Shown here in pieces: positions 10,299 to 19,296 of a stretch of DNA of 64,000 nucleotides; position 1 is the first letter of the stretch, and each line of letters opens with the position of its first letter. This stretch comes from Phycisphaerae bacterium (GTDB taxonomy: Bacteria > Planctomycetota > Phycisphaerae > UBA1845 > Fen-1342), in contig CAXXWX010000019.1 in NCBI GenBank assembly GCA_963675745.2, positions 416,001 through 480,000 of the forward strand. The letters are read 5' to 3'. Under the pieces are notes generated by a model that saw only the letters and a program-made list of their open reading frames with translations, had not been told where the DNA came from and made no database searches. Position numbers and translations under genes: made by a program.

Positions 10299-11278
10299 CG
10301 CGGACTCGATTCAAACGCCTTGCTCCATTCCGCGATCGACTCGGCGGCGGCGAGGCCCACTGATTCGTAGGCGCGATGCGCCGCGTCGGTATACGACGTG
10401 GTTACGGCCCAGCGCGCCCCAAGGTCTCGACTGCGGCGCATCCCCTCCAACATGATGGCCCGGGCCAACCCGCGCCCGCGCTGGTCCGGGCAGGTGCCCA
10501 TGGGTTCGATGATGCTGAGGCCGTTGGCGTCGTCCAGCCACATCGTACACACGCAGGCCAACTCACCTTGGTCAGTTTCGATGCGCAGGTCGAGTTCGGC
10601 GCGGTACTGCGGCGCGTCCATGCGCGGGCACGTCGACCGCACCGCGATCTCGCGGCGCTGCTCGTCCGAGCAGGATGGGTATGTCCTGATCCAATGGTCG
10701 CGATAGCCCGGGAAGATCGCACAGAGTGCGTCAACGTAGCGGCGTCGGTCGTCAACGTCGCCGCGCTGTGTCCGCAAGCGAAAACCGGCGGGAACCGGCA
10801 GCGACGGAATCGGCTCTTCCAGCGACCTGCGGCGATACCACACGGGCCGTTGGTGTCGTTGAAACCCGCGTTTGGTCAGTAGTTCGCCGCGCTGCGCGTC
10901 CCAGTCGTATACCTCCATGCGCAGCGGCCACTTGGCCTGGTCGGCTGGTCGCCGCCGCTGGTGGTCGAGTTCGCACCAATCGAGCATATCGGACTCGATC
11001 AGGCGGAAATCCGGGTGCACCTGAAGAGCGTAGAACCCCGGGCCTTCGCGGAAAACCAGCCCGACCAGGTCGTCTTTTGCCTCCCAAACGCGGATTTCCG
11101 ACTCCCAGTCCGGCTGCCGGCCGGGGTCGCTGTCGGCGTAGCTGGAGTAGCGCAGGTTGACCCAGCGGTCGATCTGCCAGTTGTGCGGCCGGCCGAGCGC
11201 CGCAAACGTGGCCGCCAGAAACCGCCCGACGCGGCCGAGGTCGCGCTGATCGATGTAGTACCGTGATTCGGGGGACAC
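10295..11278 (-). CDS. GNAT family N-acetyltransferase (tandem domains)
   Basis: IEPMGTCPDQRGRGLARA motif A and AYESVG; AAGGGAG RBS before GTG 11278. Confidence 0.8.
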   Translation of the reverse strand: MSPESRYYIDQRDLGRVGRFLAATFAALGRPHNWQIDRWVNLRYSSYADSDPGRQPDWESEIRVWEAKDDLVGLVFREGPGFYALQVHPDFRLIESDMLDWCELDHQRRRPADQAKWPLRMEVYDWDAQRGELLTKRGFQRHQRPVWYRRRSLEEPIPSLPVPAGFRLRTQRGDVDDRRRYVDALCAIFPGYRDHWIRTYPSCSDEQRREIAVRSTCPRMDAPQYRAELDLRIETDQGELACVCTMWLDDANGLSIIEPMGTCPDQRGRGLARAIMLEGMRRSRDLGARWAVTTSYTDAAHRAYESVGLAAAESIAEWSKAFESSPR

Positions 11279-11365
11279 GGTGCACTCCCTTGTGTGGGGC
11301 CGGCGCCAACAGCCGGCCGGGCGCTCATCATATCGCCAGACCCACGTCCAGCCTTCCCCCATCTC

Positions 11366-11394
11366 TTGACAGATGTGCCGCAAATCTCTCTAAT
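11366..11394 (+). promoter_or_regulatory. Possible sigma70-type promoter
   Basis: TTGACA-17 nt-TCTAAT. Confidence 0.4.
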
Positions 11395-11397
11395 TAC

Positions 11398-11532
11398 AGG
11401 TCTTCGGCCAACGTCGCGGTCGGAGTCGTGCCCGTTCGCACGGGGTAAGTGGAATCAGGCATGTGCCCTCACTCGCTGCCAGAGTGGGACGTCCACAGTG
11501 GGCCACCTGTTCGCGGCAGGTGGCTCAGACCT
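11398..11532 (+). ncRNA. Candidate structured RNA (multi-hairpin element upstream of tRNA-Gln)
   Basis: Closing AGGTCT/AGACCT pair around four stem-loops; no known family recognised. Confidence 0.25.
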
Positions 11533-11617
11533 CCGAGCGGGTCCACAACCGCGCCTTCGGTGGTTGACACGCGCGGCGTGTCGCCGTGCCGGCCGATTGC
11601 CGTCACGGCCCCGGGAT

Positions 11618-11688
11618 TACCCGGTGGTGTAATGGTAACACTCCAGGTTTTGGTCCTGGCATTCCCGGTTCGAATCCGGGCCGGGTAG
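11618..11688 (+). tRNA. tRNA-Gln(TTG)
   Basis: TACCCGG/CCGGGTA acceptor stem, CCAGG-TTTTGGT-CCTGG anticodon arm, GGTTCGAATCC T arm; CCA not encoded. Confidence 0.95.
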
Positions 11689-11741
11689 CTGTTGCCGAGT
11701 GATATTCGTCGTTGCGACACCGCCGTGTTTGCGAGATTCGC

Positions 11742-12713
11742 ATGAGTGGTCAACGTGTTGGGGCAATCATCCTGGCGGCCGGTAAGGGCACGCGGCTGAA
11801 GACCGAGCTGCCCAAGGTGCTGCACGAGATCTGCGGGCGCCCCATGCTCGCGCACGTGTTCGACGCCTGCTGGTCCGCGGGCATCGAGGAGTGCATCGCG
11901 GTCGTCGGCTACAAACACGAACTCGTCCGGGCGGCTCTCGATGGTCAGGCGGGCATCAGTTGGGTGGAGCAGAATCCCCAAAACGGCACCGGTCATGCCG
12001 TCATGGTCTGCCGCGAGCAGATTACCGGCCGCTTCGATCACGTGCTCGTGCTGTGCGGCGACGGTCCGCTGATCCGCAGTGAAACGGTGCGCGAGATCAT
12101 TGACCGCCACATAGCCGAGGACGCGGTGACCACGCTGGGCACGGCCCTTCTCGATGACCCGACCGGATATGGCCGGATTCACCGCGACGCAAGCGGCAAA
12201 CTGCTCGGCATCGTCGAGCACGGCGATTGCACGCCGGAGCAACTGAGCATTCGCGAGGTAAATCCGAGCATGTACTGCTTCCGCGTCCCCGAATTACTCG
12301 ACGCGCTGGAGCAACTCACGCCCAACAACGTCAAGAACGAGTACTACATCACCGACTGCATCGCATCGGCGATCGGCGCGGGGCACAAGGTGCAGGCGAT
12401 CACCGCTATCCCCGCGCTGGATATCTACAGCATCAACACGCGAAAAGACCTGGCGATGGTGAACCGCGTAATGCGCGATCGCGTGCTCGAGCATTGGATG
12501 GATTGCGGCGTTACGATTGTTGACCCGGCGACCACCTGGATCGATGCCCGGGCAACTCTCGGTCAGGACACGATTGTCCATCCGTTCGTGACGGTGACCG
12601 GCCCGGCGCGGATCGGGTGCAATTGCCACCTCGGCCCGTTTGCCAATGTTTCCGGCACAGCCGTGATTGCCGACGGCACGCGCGTCGCCGGAAGCGCGGA
12701 GGGGGCCGTATGA
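11742..12713 (+). CDS. glmU: GlmU-like UDP-GlcNAc pyrophosphorylase with a short C-terminal left-handed beta-helix
   Basis: LAAGKGTRLK...PKVLH, QNGTGHAV, GDGPLI, DPTGYGRI and NEYYITD motifs; 323 aa; upstream of prs. Confidence 0.85.
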   Translation: MSGQRVGAIILAAGKGTRLKTELPKVLHEICGRPMLAHVFDACWSAGIEECIAVVGYKHELVRAALDGQAGISWVEQNPQNGTGHAVMVCREQITGRFDHVLVLCGDGPLIRSETVREIIDRHIAEDAVTTLGTALLDDPTGYGRIHRDASGKLLGIVEHGDCTPEQLSIREVNPSMYCFRVPELLDALEQLTPNNVKNEYYITDCIASAIGAGHKVQAITAIPALDIYSINTRKDLAMVNRVMRDRVLEHWMDCGVTIVDPATTWIDARATLGQDTIVHPFVTVTGPARIGCNCHLGPFANVSGTAVIADGTRVAGSAEGAV

Positions 12714-13654
12714 CCAATATGCGGATTTTCAGCGGTCGCAGTAATCCCGAGCTTGCCGGCAAGATCGCCGACTACCTGGGCATGCCGCTCGGGCGCGCCG
12801 AACTGGCCAGCTTCCCCGACGGCGAAGTGTCGTTGAAGCTCCATGAAGATGTGCGCGGGCGTGATGTCTTTGTGATCCAATCGACGTGTACACCCGTCAA
12901 CGAGAACCTGGTCGAGCTGCTGATCTTCATAGACTGCCTGCGGCGCGCCTCGGCCCAGCGCATCACGACGGTCATCCCGTATTTCGGCTATGCGCGGCAG
13001 GATCGCAAAGACGAAGGCCGCGTACCGATTACCGCCAAGCTCACGGCGAACCTGCTTACCACCGCGGGAGCTCACCGGGTGTTGACCTGTGACCTGCACG
13101 CGGCCCAGATTCAGGGCTTCTTTGACATCCCGGTTGATAACCTGTCCGCCGAGCCGGTCATCACGAGTTTCCTCAGTTCGATTGGGGATGGGCCGATGGC
13201 ACTGGTCAGTCCGGACATCGGCAACATGAAGCGGGCGCGTGTCTACGCCGAGCGGCTGGGCGGCGATCTGGCCATCATCGACAAGCGGCGCAAGAGCGGT
13301 AGCGAAACGACGATGTACAACATCATCGGCGACGTGCGCGACAAGACCGTTTTGATGGTTGATGACATCATAGCCACCGCGGGGACAATCGCGCAAGCGG
13401 TCAAACTTGTACGTGAGCACGGCGCGCGGCGCATCGCGGTCGCGGCCACGCACGGCGTATTGTGCGGACCGGCCATCGACCGTCTGCGTGACGCCCAGAT
13501 TGATCACATCGCGATTACTGACACGATTCCGACTTCGGCACGCGCGCGTGCCGAACTGGGCGCGCTGCGGGAACTCAGCGTGAGCGAACTACTAGGTGAG
13601 GCAATCAGACGCATTCACAGAAACGAATCGGTGAGCAGCCTGTTCATCGATTAG
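12710..13654 (+). CDS. prs: Ribose-phosphate pyrophosphokinase
   Basis: FPDGE, PYFGYARQDRK, DLHAAQIQGFF and VDDIIATAGT motifs; ATGA overlap with glmU. Confidence 0.96.
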   Translation: MTNMRIFSGRSNPELAGKIADYLGMPLGRAELASFPDGEVSLKLHEDVRGRDVFVIQSTCTPVNENLVELLIFIDCLRRASAQRITTVIPYFGYARQDRKDEGRVPITAKLTANLLTTAGAHRVLTCDLHAAQIQGFFDIPVDNLSAEPVITSFLSSIGDGPMALVSPDIGNMKRARVYAERLGGDLAIIDKRRKSGSETTMYNIIGDVRDKTVLMVDDIIATAGTIAQAVKLVREHGARRIAVAATHGVLCGPAIDRLRDAQIDHIAITDTIPTSARARAELGALRELSVSELLGEAIRRIHRNESVSSLFID

Positions 13655-13715
13655 CTGACAAGCCCCGCGGCACGCGCCAAGCCGGTTGGTGCCCGGGCGA
13701 ATCTGGGAGTTGAGC

Positions 13716-14369
13716 ATGCACATTGAGACAATCAGAGGTGAAACTCGCCAGGCCGGCGGCCGCCATGCCAATGCGCGCTTGCGGCGCAACGGCCTCGTGC
13801 CCGCGATCGTCTACGGTCACGGTGAAGCCCCCGAAACGGTGGCACTCTCGGCGCATGACCTGAAGCTCGTGTTGGAGCATCTGGTGCATGTCGTCAAAGT
13901 CGACGTCAGCGGCAAGACGCGGACCTTCCTGCTCAAAGACGTGCAGTACGATCATTTGCAGGCCGATCCCGTCCATGTCGACCTGATGCGCGTGGCCACC
14001 GACGATCGGGTCAAGATTCACGTCGCCATCGAGCCGCGCGGTGAGCCCCAGGGAATGCACGAAGGCGGCGTCGTCCAGCCCGTGCTGACGGACCTGCACG
14101 TGGAATGTCCGCTGACCGAGATTCCCGACGCGCTCCAGCCGAACATTTCGCATCTGCACGTCGGGCAGGTGCTGCGCGTCGCCGATCTGGTGCTGCCTCC
14201 GGGGACCAAGGCGCTCCATGACGACGCGGAGATTGTCCTTTCGATCAAGGCCAAGCGCGGCCCGGTCGAGGGCGAGGAAGAGGCTGTGGAGGCCGCCGAG
14301 GGTGAGGAAGAGGCTGAGCCCGAGGTGATCAGCCGCGGGAAGACGGATGAAGAGTCGGCCGAGGGTTAA
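13716..14369 (+). CDS. rplY: 50S ribosomal protein L25/Ctc
   Basis: RLRRNGLVPAIVYG, KDVQYD, HVDL and acidic tail EPEVISRGK. Confidence 0.93.
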   Translation: MHIETIRGETRQAGGRHANARLRRNGLVPAIVYGHGEAPETVALSAHDLKLVLEHLVHVVKVDVSGKTRTFLLKDVQYDHLQADPVHVDLMRVATDDRVKIHVAIEPRGEPQGMHEGGVVQPVLTDLHVECPLTEIPDALQPNISHLHVGQVLRVADLVLPPGTKALHDDAEIVLSIKAKRGPVEGEEEAVEAAEGEEEAEPEVISRGKTDEESAEG

Positions 14370-14371
14370 AC

Positions 14372-14980
14372 GTGAAGCTGATCGCCGGTCTGGGAAATCC
14401 AGGACCGCGCTATGCCCACTCGCGCCACAACATCGGGTATCTGGTGGTGGACGAGTTGGCGCGGCGTTGGGCGATCGACGTGAGGCGCCACGACCGTCGC
14501 TTCGAAGGTTTGCTCGGCGACGGTCCGCTGGCCGGCGCCCGGGCGCTGCTGCTCAAGCCGACCACGTTTATGAACCTCAGTGGAGGCAGCGTTGGTGCCG
14601 CGTGGCGCTTCCACAAGCTTGGATTGGAGGATGTTCTGGCTGTCTACGACGACCTCGACCTGCCGCTGGGCAAGTTGCGGTTGCGCCGCGGCGGGTCGGC
14701 CGGCGGGCACAAGGGCATGCTGGACATCATTCGGCACCTGGGTTCGGATCAGGTTGCCCGCGTGCGCATCGGGATCGGAAAGGTGCACCGGACGGCAACC
14801 GTGGATTACGTGTTGAGCAAGTTCGCGCCCGACGAACGCGAGACCATCGAGTTTGCGGTCCATGAAGCCGCTGACGCCGTTGAATTTTGGGTGCGCCGTG
14901 GAATCGAGGCGGCGATGAACGAGTACAACCGTCGAGACGCGCGGACAACGCGAGACAATGGCGGCGGCCCGGCAGCATAA
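14372..14980 (+). CDS. pth: Peptidyl-tRNA hydrolase
   Basis: GLGNPG, RHNIG, KPTTFMNLSG, DDLDL and GGHKG motifs. Confidence 0.96.
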   Translation: MKLIAGLGNPGPRYAHSRHNIGYLVVDELARRWAIDVRRHDRRFEGLLGDGPLAGARALLLKPTTFMNLSGGSVGAAWRFHKLGLEDVLAVYDDLDLPLGKLRLRRGGSAGGHKGMLDIIRHLGSDQVARVRIGIGKVHRTATVDYVLSKFAPDERETIEFAVHEAADAVEFWVRRGIEAAMNEYNRRDARTTRDNGGGPAA

Positions 14981-14985
14981 GGAGA

Positions 14986-15576
14986 ATGCGGTTGAGATTC
15001 TATGAAGGCATGTTCCTATTCGACAACGCGTTCACGCATGAGTGGGCGGCGGTGGAGGCGGAAGTCAAACGCCTGTGCGACCGGATTGGCGCGGAGTTGC
15101 TCGTCTGCGTGAAGTTCGACGAGCGCCGGCTGGCATATGAGATCAAGAAGCGCAAACGCGGTACCTTCGTGTTGACCTATTTCAACGTGGAGCCCGAGCG
15201 TATTGCCGATCTCGAGCGCGACGTGCAACTCAGCGAGTCCGTCCTGCGCGTGCTTGTACTTCGCGCCGAAGGCGTCTCCGCCGAGAGGATCAAGGAGCTT
15301 CAGGAGCGCACGGCGTCCGAAGCCCTTCAGCCCGGTGGCGGTGAGCGCGATCGCGGCCCGCGCGATCGCTATGACCGCGGTTCGCGCGATCGCTACGATC
15401 GTGGTTCGCGTGAGCGCGGCGAGCGCGGTGAGCGCGGTTCACGTGACCGCGGCCCGCACGAGCGATATGAACGAGATTCCGAGTCGGCGGACAGGTCACC
15501 CGAGCCGGCTGACGCCACCGCAGTGCTGACAGAGCCGGCCCCCGAGGCCGCCACGCCGGAAACACCTGGCACGTGA
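14986..15576 (+). CDS. rpsF: 30S ribosomal protein S6 with a long charged C-terminal tail
   Basis: YEGMFL, RRLAYEIKK and VLR motifs; AAGGAG RBS; position before ssb. Confidence 0.9.
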   Translation: MRLRFYEGMFLFDNAFTHEWAAVEAEVKRLCDRIGAELLVCVKFDERRLAYEIKKRKRGTFVLTYFNVEPERIADLERDVQLSESVLRVLVLRAEGVSAERIKELQERTASEALQPGGGERDRGPRDRYDRGSRDRYDRGSRERGERGERGSRDRGPHERYERDSESADRSPEPADATAVLTEPAPEAATPETPGT

Positions 15577-15634
15577 TGCTCGCGGTCGCGCTTCACGGCC
15601 GCTGTACGGCCGCTGTGCCGACAGGAGAGAGACT

Positions 15635-16099
15635 ATGGGCAATTTCAACCGTGTCATTCTGATGGGCAACCTGACACGCGACCCGCAGTTGAAGTATCTG
15701 CCGAGCAACACGGCGGTATGCGAATTCGGGTTGGCGGTCAATCGTCGGTGGCGCGACCCGGACGGCAACCAACACGACGAGACTTGTTTCGTCGACTTAG
15801 AGGCGTTCGGCCGTAGGGGCGAGACGATCAACCAGTACATGACCAAGGGAGGCGCGATCCTGATTGAAGGACGGCTCAAGTTCGATAGCTGGACCGCGCA
15901 GGATGGAGCCAAACGCTCCAAGCTACGCGTAGTCGTCGAGAATTTCACCTTTGTCGGCGGCCGTGACGGCGGTGGCGGTGGCGGCGGTAACTACGCCAGG
16001 CAGCAAGCGTCTGGTTCCAGCGACACCGGCGGGCAGTACGACCCCGGACCGCCGTCCGACAACCAGTCGCCCCCCGCGGGAGATGATATTCCGTTCTAA
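15635..16099 (+). CDS. ssb: Single-stranded DNA-binding protein
   Basis: NRVILMGNLTRDP, IEGRL and C-terminal DDIPF. Confidence 0.97.
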   Translation: MGNFNRVILMGNLTRDPQLKYLPSNTAVCEFGLAVNRRWRDPDGNQHDETCFVDLEAFGRRGETINQYMTKGGAILIEGRLKFDSWTAQDGAKRSKLRVVVENFTFVGGRDGGGGGGGNYARQQASGSSDTGGQYDPGPPSDNQSPPAGDDIPF

Positions 16100-16192
16100 C
16101 CACGCGCCCGCCAAAGGTCAGGCTACCTGGATCGATGACTGCGGCGGAAGCGAGACGATGTAGCGATTAACCGAAAACCTTGAGGTAGAACC

Positions 16193-16453
16193 ATGGCTTC
16201 GTTGTTTTCACAAGCCGCTCGCAAGAAGCGGAAACGTGCCCGGCGCCTGGCTGATGCTGCCAAGCGGCGGATCTTTCAGGAGAGCGAAAAGCAGTTTGAC
16301 TACAAGGACACTGCCAGCCTTCAACGGCTCATGACGACCCACGGCAAGCTCTTTTCACGAAAACGCTCGGGCCTGACATCGCAGGAGCAGCGGCGCGCGG
16401 CGTTGGCCGTCAAGCGTGCGCGGTTCATTGGGCTCCTGCCATATGCGGGCTAG
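16193..16453 (+). CDS. rpsR: 30S ribosomal protein S18 (Cys-free variant)
   Basis: DYKD, GK..SRKRSG, QR and AVKRARFIGLLPY motifs; no Zn-binding Cys. Confidence 0.93.
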   Translation: MASLFSQAARKKRKRARRLADAAKRRIFQESEKQFDYKDTASLQRLMTTHGKLFSRKRSGLTSQEQRRAALAVKRARFIGLLPYAG

Positions 16454-16585
16454 CGTCCGGCGTCATATGTTCGCCGCAGGTGTCGCCGCGCGGCAAGAGC
16501 GAGCCTGGCACGATGGGCTCATGCGATGAACGCACGAGATACCCTACTAGCAGGTCATCCGGACCCAATGATGGAGTGATAACCC

Positions 16586-17116
16586 ATGCAGGTGCTGTTA
16601 CTTAAGGACGTGCGCAAGGTCGGGCACGTCGGTGATGTGGTGGCCGTGAAGACCGGCTTTGCCCGCAACTTCCTGATCCCTCAACTGCTCGCCGCCGAAC
16701 CGACGCCGGAGAATATTGCGGCAATCGAAGAAGAGAAGAAACGCGCGGCGGTCGTACGCGCCAAGCGGAACTCCGAGTTTCAGAAACTCGCCACCCGCCT
16801 TGAGGAGGTTTCCGCGACGATCGAAGCCGCGGCCAACCCCGAGGGGACGCTGTATGGTTCGGTTGGCGCACCGGAGATCGCCGCAGCGCTCAACGCCCAG
16901 GGCTTTGAGGTGCTTCCCGAGCACGTGATACTGGAAACGCCGATCCGAACGTTGGATAATCGCGTCGTCAACCTCGAGTTTACCGACGAGATTACCGCCC
17001 AGGTGAAGGTCTGGGTGGTGCGGGAGGGAGGCACGACTGATGACGACGAGCAACACGAGGATCTCGGCGAACCCGCCGACGACTCTGGAGACGACGCCCT
17101 CGAAACCGCCGAATAG
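16586..17116 (+). CDS. rplI: 50S ribosomal protein L9
   Basis: MQVLLLKDV..VG..GDVVAVKTGFARNFLIP and GTLYGSV motifs. Confidence 0.95.
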   Translation: MQVLLLKDVRKVGHVGDVVAVKTGFARNFLIPQLLAAEPTPENIAAIEEEKKRAAVVRAKRNSEFQKLATRLEEVSATIEAAANPEGTLYGSVGAPEIAAALNAQGFEVLPEHVILETPIRTLDNRVVNLEFTDEITAQVKVWVVREGGTTDDDEQHEDLGEPADDSGDDALETAE

Positions 17117-18494
17117 CACAGCGGCATTCGAGCGGCAATTGCCGCACTCACCTGACGCCGAGCGCGCCCTGCTCGGCTCGATGTTGCTGGACGAGGCCGC
17201 CGTCGGCGAGGCGATTGCGTTCCTGAAGCGCGTCGGCGGCGCTGCGTTCTTCCATGAACGGCATCGGCTGATCTTCGAGCAGATCGCCACGTTCTACGAC
17301 CGGGGTCAGCCGCTGGACGCCGTCGTGCTCAAGGACCACCTCGAGCGCGCTGGTTTGCTCGAGCAGCTTGGCGGACTGGAGTACCTCGGGCAGCTTGTCA
17401 ACGCCGTGCCCTCCGCCGATCGCGTATTGCACTACGGCGAGATTGTCCGCGACAAATACCTGCTGCGACTGCTGATCACCGCCGCGCACCACCTGATCGA
17501 GAAGTCGTTCGACGATCGAGAGGAAATCGCCGACGTCCTCGACGAGGCCGAACGCAAGGTCTTTGAGATCACCCAGCAGCGCATCACGTCCGACGCGACC
17601 GACTTGCACGCGTTGGTTGAGCGGGTATTCAAGCAGATCGAGCAACGCGACGGAGAGGCGATCACCGGCGCGCCCACCGGGTACTACGAGCTCGACGAAC
17701 TGACCTGCGGCATGCAGCCATCCGAGTTGATCATCGTGGCCGCGCGCCCCTCGGTGGGCAAGACGGCGCTGGGCCTGAACATGGCCGAGCATCTGGCCAT
17801 CACCGAACGCCGGCCGGTGCTGTTCTTTTCACTGGAAATGAGCAAGCAGCAACTGGCCCAGCGCGTGCTGTGCAGTCGCGCGCGCGTGGATGCCCACCGG
17901 CTGCGGCGCGGGCGGATCACCGCCGACGAAATGCAGCGGTTGCACGCGGCGGCGGACGAGACGCGCGGCGCGCCGCTGCACGTCGATGACTCATCCGACC
18001 TGACCGTGCGCGAACTCCAGGCGCGTGCCCGCACGGTCTATCACCGGCAGAAGTTCTGCGCCATCTTCGTCGACTATCTCCAGCTCATGCGCGGCTCCAA
18101 GGCCGAGAACCGCCAGGTCGCCGTCGCTGACATATCACGCGGGCTCAAAGCGCTGGCCAAGCAGTTGGAAGTGCCGGTGGTCGCACTGGCGCAGCTCAAC
18201 CGTAACCCGGAAGACCGCGGGGGCAAGCCGCGCATGAGTGACTTGCGCGAATCCGGCGCGATCGAGCAGGATGCCGACGTCATCATCCTGCTCCACCGCG
18301 AGTCATACCAACGCGATACCGACGCGCAAGCCGCGCCCGCCGAAGATGATAATCTCGCAGAATTACTGATTGCCAAGCAGCGCAACGGCCCGGTCGGACG
18401 CGTGACACTGCACTTCAACAAGCAGTACACACGGTTTGATAACCATAGCCCGGGCCGCTATCCGGACGGCGGTGGGTCCGGCACGTTTCCATAG
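17040..18494 (+). CDS. dnaB: Replicative DNA helicase
   Basis: PHSPDAERALLG, AARPSVGKT, FSLEM, VDYLQL, AQLNR, DLRESGAIEQDAD and KQRNGP motifs; no intein; GGAGG RBS before ATG 17040. Confidence 0.96.
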   Translation: MTTSNTRISANPPTTLETTPSKPPNSTAAFERQLPHSPDAERALLGSMLLDEAAVGEAIAFLKRVGGAAFFHERHRLIFEQIATFYDRGQPLDAVVLKDHLERAGLLEQLGGLEYLGQLVNAVPSADRVLHYGEIVRDKYLLRLLITAAHHLIEKSFDDREEIADVLDEAERKVFEITQQRITSDATDLHALVERVFKQIEQRDGEAITGAPTGYYELDELTCGMQPSELIIVAARPSVGKTALGLNMAEHLAITERRPVLFFSLEMSKQQLAQRVLCSRARVDAHRLRRGRITADEMQRLHAAADETRGAPLHVDDSSDLTVRELQARARTVYHRQKFCAIFVDYLQLMRGSKAENRQVAVADISRGLKALAKQLEVPVVALAQLNRNPEDRGGKPRMSDLRESGAIEQDADVIILLHRESYQRDTDAQAAPAEDDNLAELLIAKQRNGPVGRVTLHFNKQYTRFDNHSPGRYPDGGGSGTFP

Positions 18495-18649
18495 TCCAAT
18501 ATTGCGTGAAGTCCGGCGTGGCGCGCGGCAGTAACGGGCGTGGAGTGGCGGGGTTGGCATCAACTCACTGCGGGCTCATCAGCCTGACGTCAACATTGCA
18601 AATGCACCTCGGGCGGCCTAGAATTGCTAAGAGGTTTCGAGCGACTACC

Positions 18650-19264
18650 ATGCTTAGCCTGCCTGACGCGGGTCGGGGTGTCGTTGACGTGCGATGTGCC
18701 TTCCATTTGCGCGGTGGGGAGCGCTGCACCGTCGAGTTGATCGATGCGTGGCTTGCGCGCTATGGCTATGACGTGGCCGGTTGCGCAGACCCGTACGATG
18801 CCTGTGTCCATCTGCTACTGAACCAGGCACAGGCGCCCGAGCTTGCCTTCCTTGGTACTGACTGGTTGGCGCGCGAGGAATTCGCGCTGCTCGAGTACGT
18901 GCGCGAGGCGTGGCCGCGGACCGGGATACTCGTCTACGGCTCTGATCTGCAATCAGCGTTCGGCGCGCTGGACATGATGGCGTTCTGCAAGTCACGGGCC
19001 GCGTTGCGCGAGTCGCTGGCGCAAACGCCGGATGACCTGCTCGCCAATCTGCGCCGCGGGACGCCCATTGCGGGCGCGCGTGCCCGGCTCCCGCGGCCGC
19101 GTGAGGCTGTGGCGGAGGCCCCCACGTCGCAGGCACTGCCGCCGTCGATGAAGGATGCCGCAAAGCCGCCGGCGCACGCCGCGCCGGGCGAGAGCGGGGC
19201 GGCGTCTCTGTCGCAATCGCTGCTGACTCGTGATGAACTGGCCGCCTTGTTGGGTGATCAATAA
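18650..19264 (+). CDS. Pseudo-receiver (CheY-like) domain protein
   Basis: LARYGYDVAGCAD...PELAFLG...LLEYVREAWPRTGILV follows a receiver pattern without the phospho-Asp; Pro/Ala linker; ends LLTRDELAALL; start uncertain. Confidence 0.55.
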   Translation: MLSLPDAGRGVVDVRCAFHLRGGERCTVELIDAWLARYGYDVAGCADPYDACVHLLLNQAQAPELAFLGTDWLAREEFALLEYVREAWPRTGILVYGSDLQSAFGALDMMAFCKSRAALRESLAQTPDDLLANLRRGTPIAGARARLPRPREAVAEAPTSQALPPSMKDAAKPPAHAAPGESGAASLSQSLLTRDELAALLGDQ

Positions 19265-19296
19265 CCCGCACGATTTCCGGGGACGCCGGGTATCAA

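Noticed and set aside
17040..18494. Intein in DnaB
   Set aside because: Normal length and uninterrupted helicase motifs.
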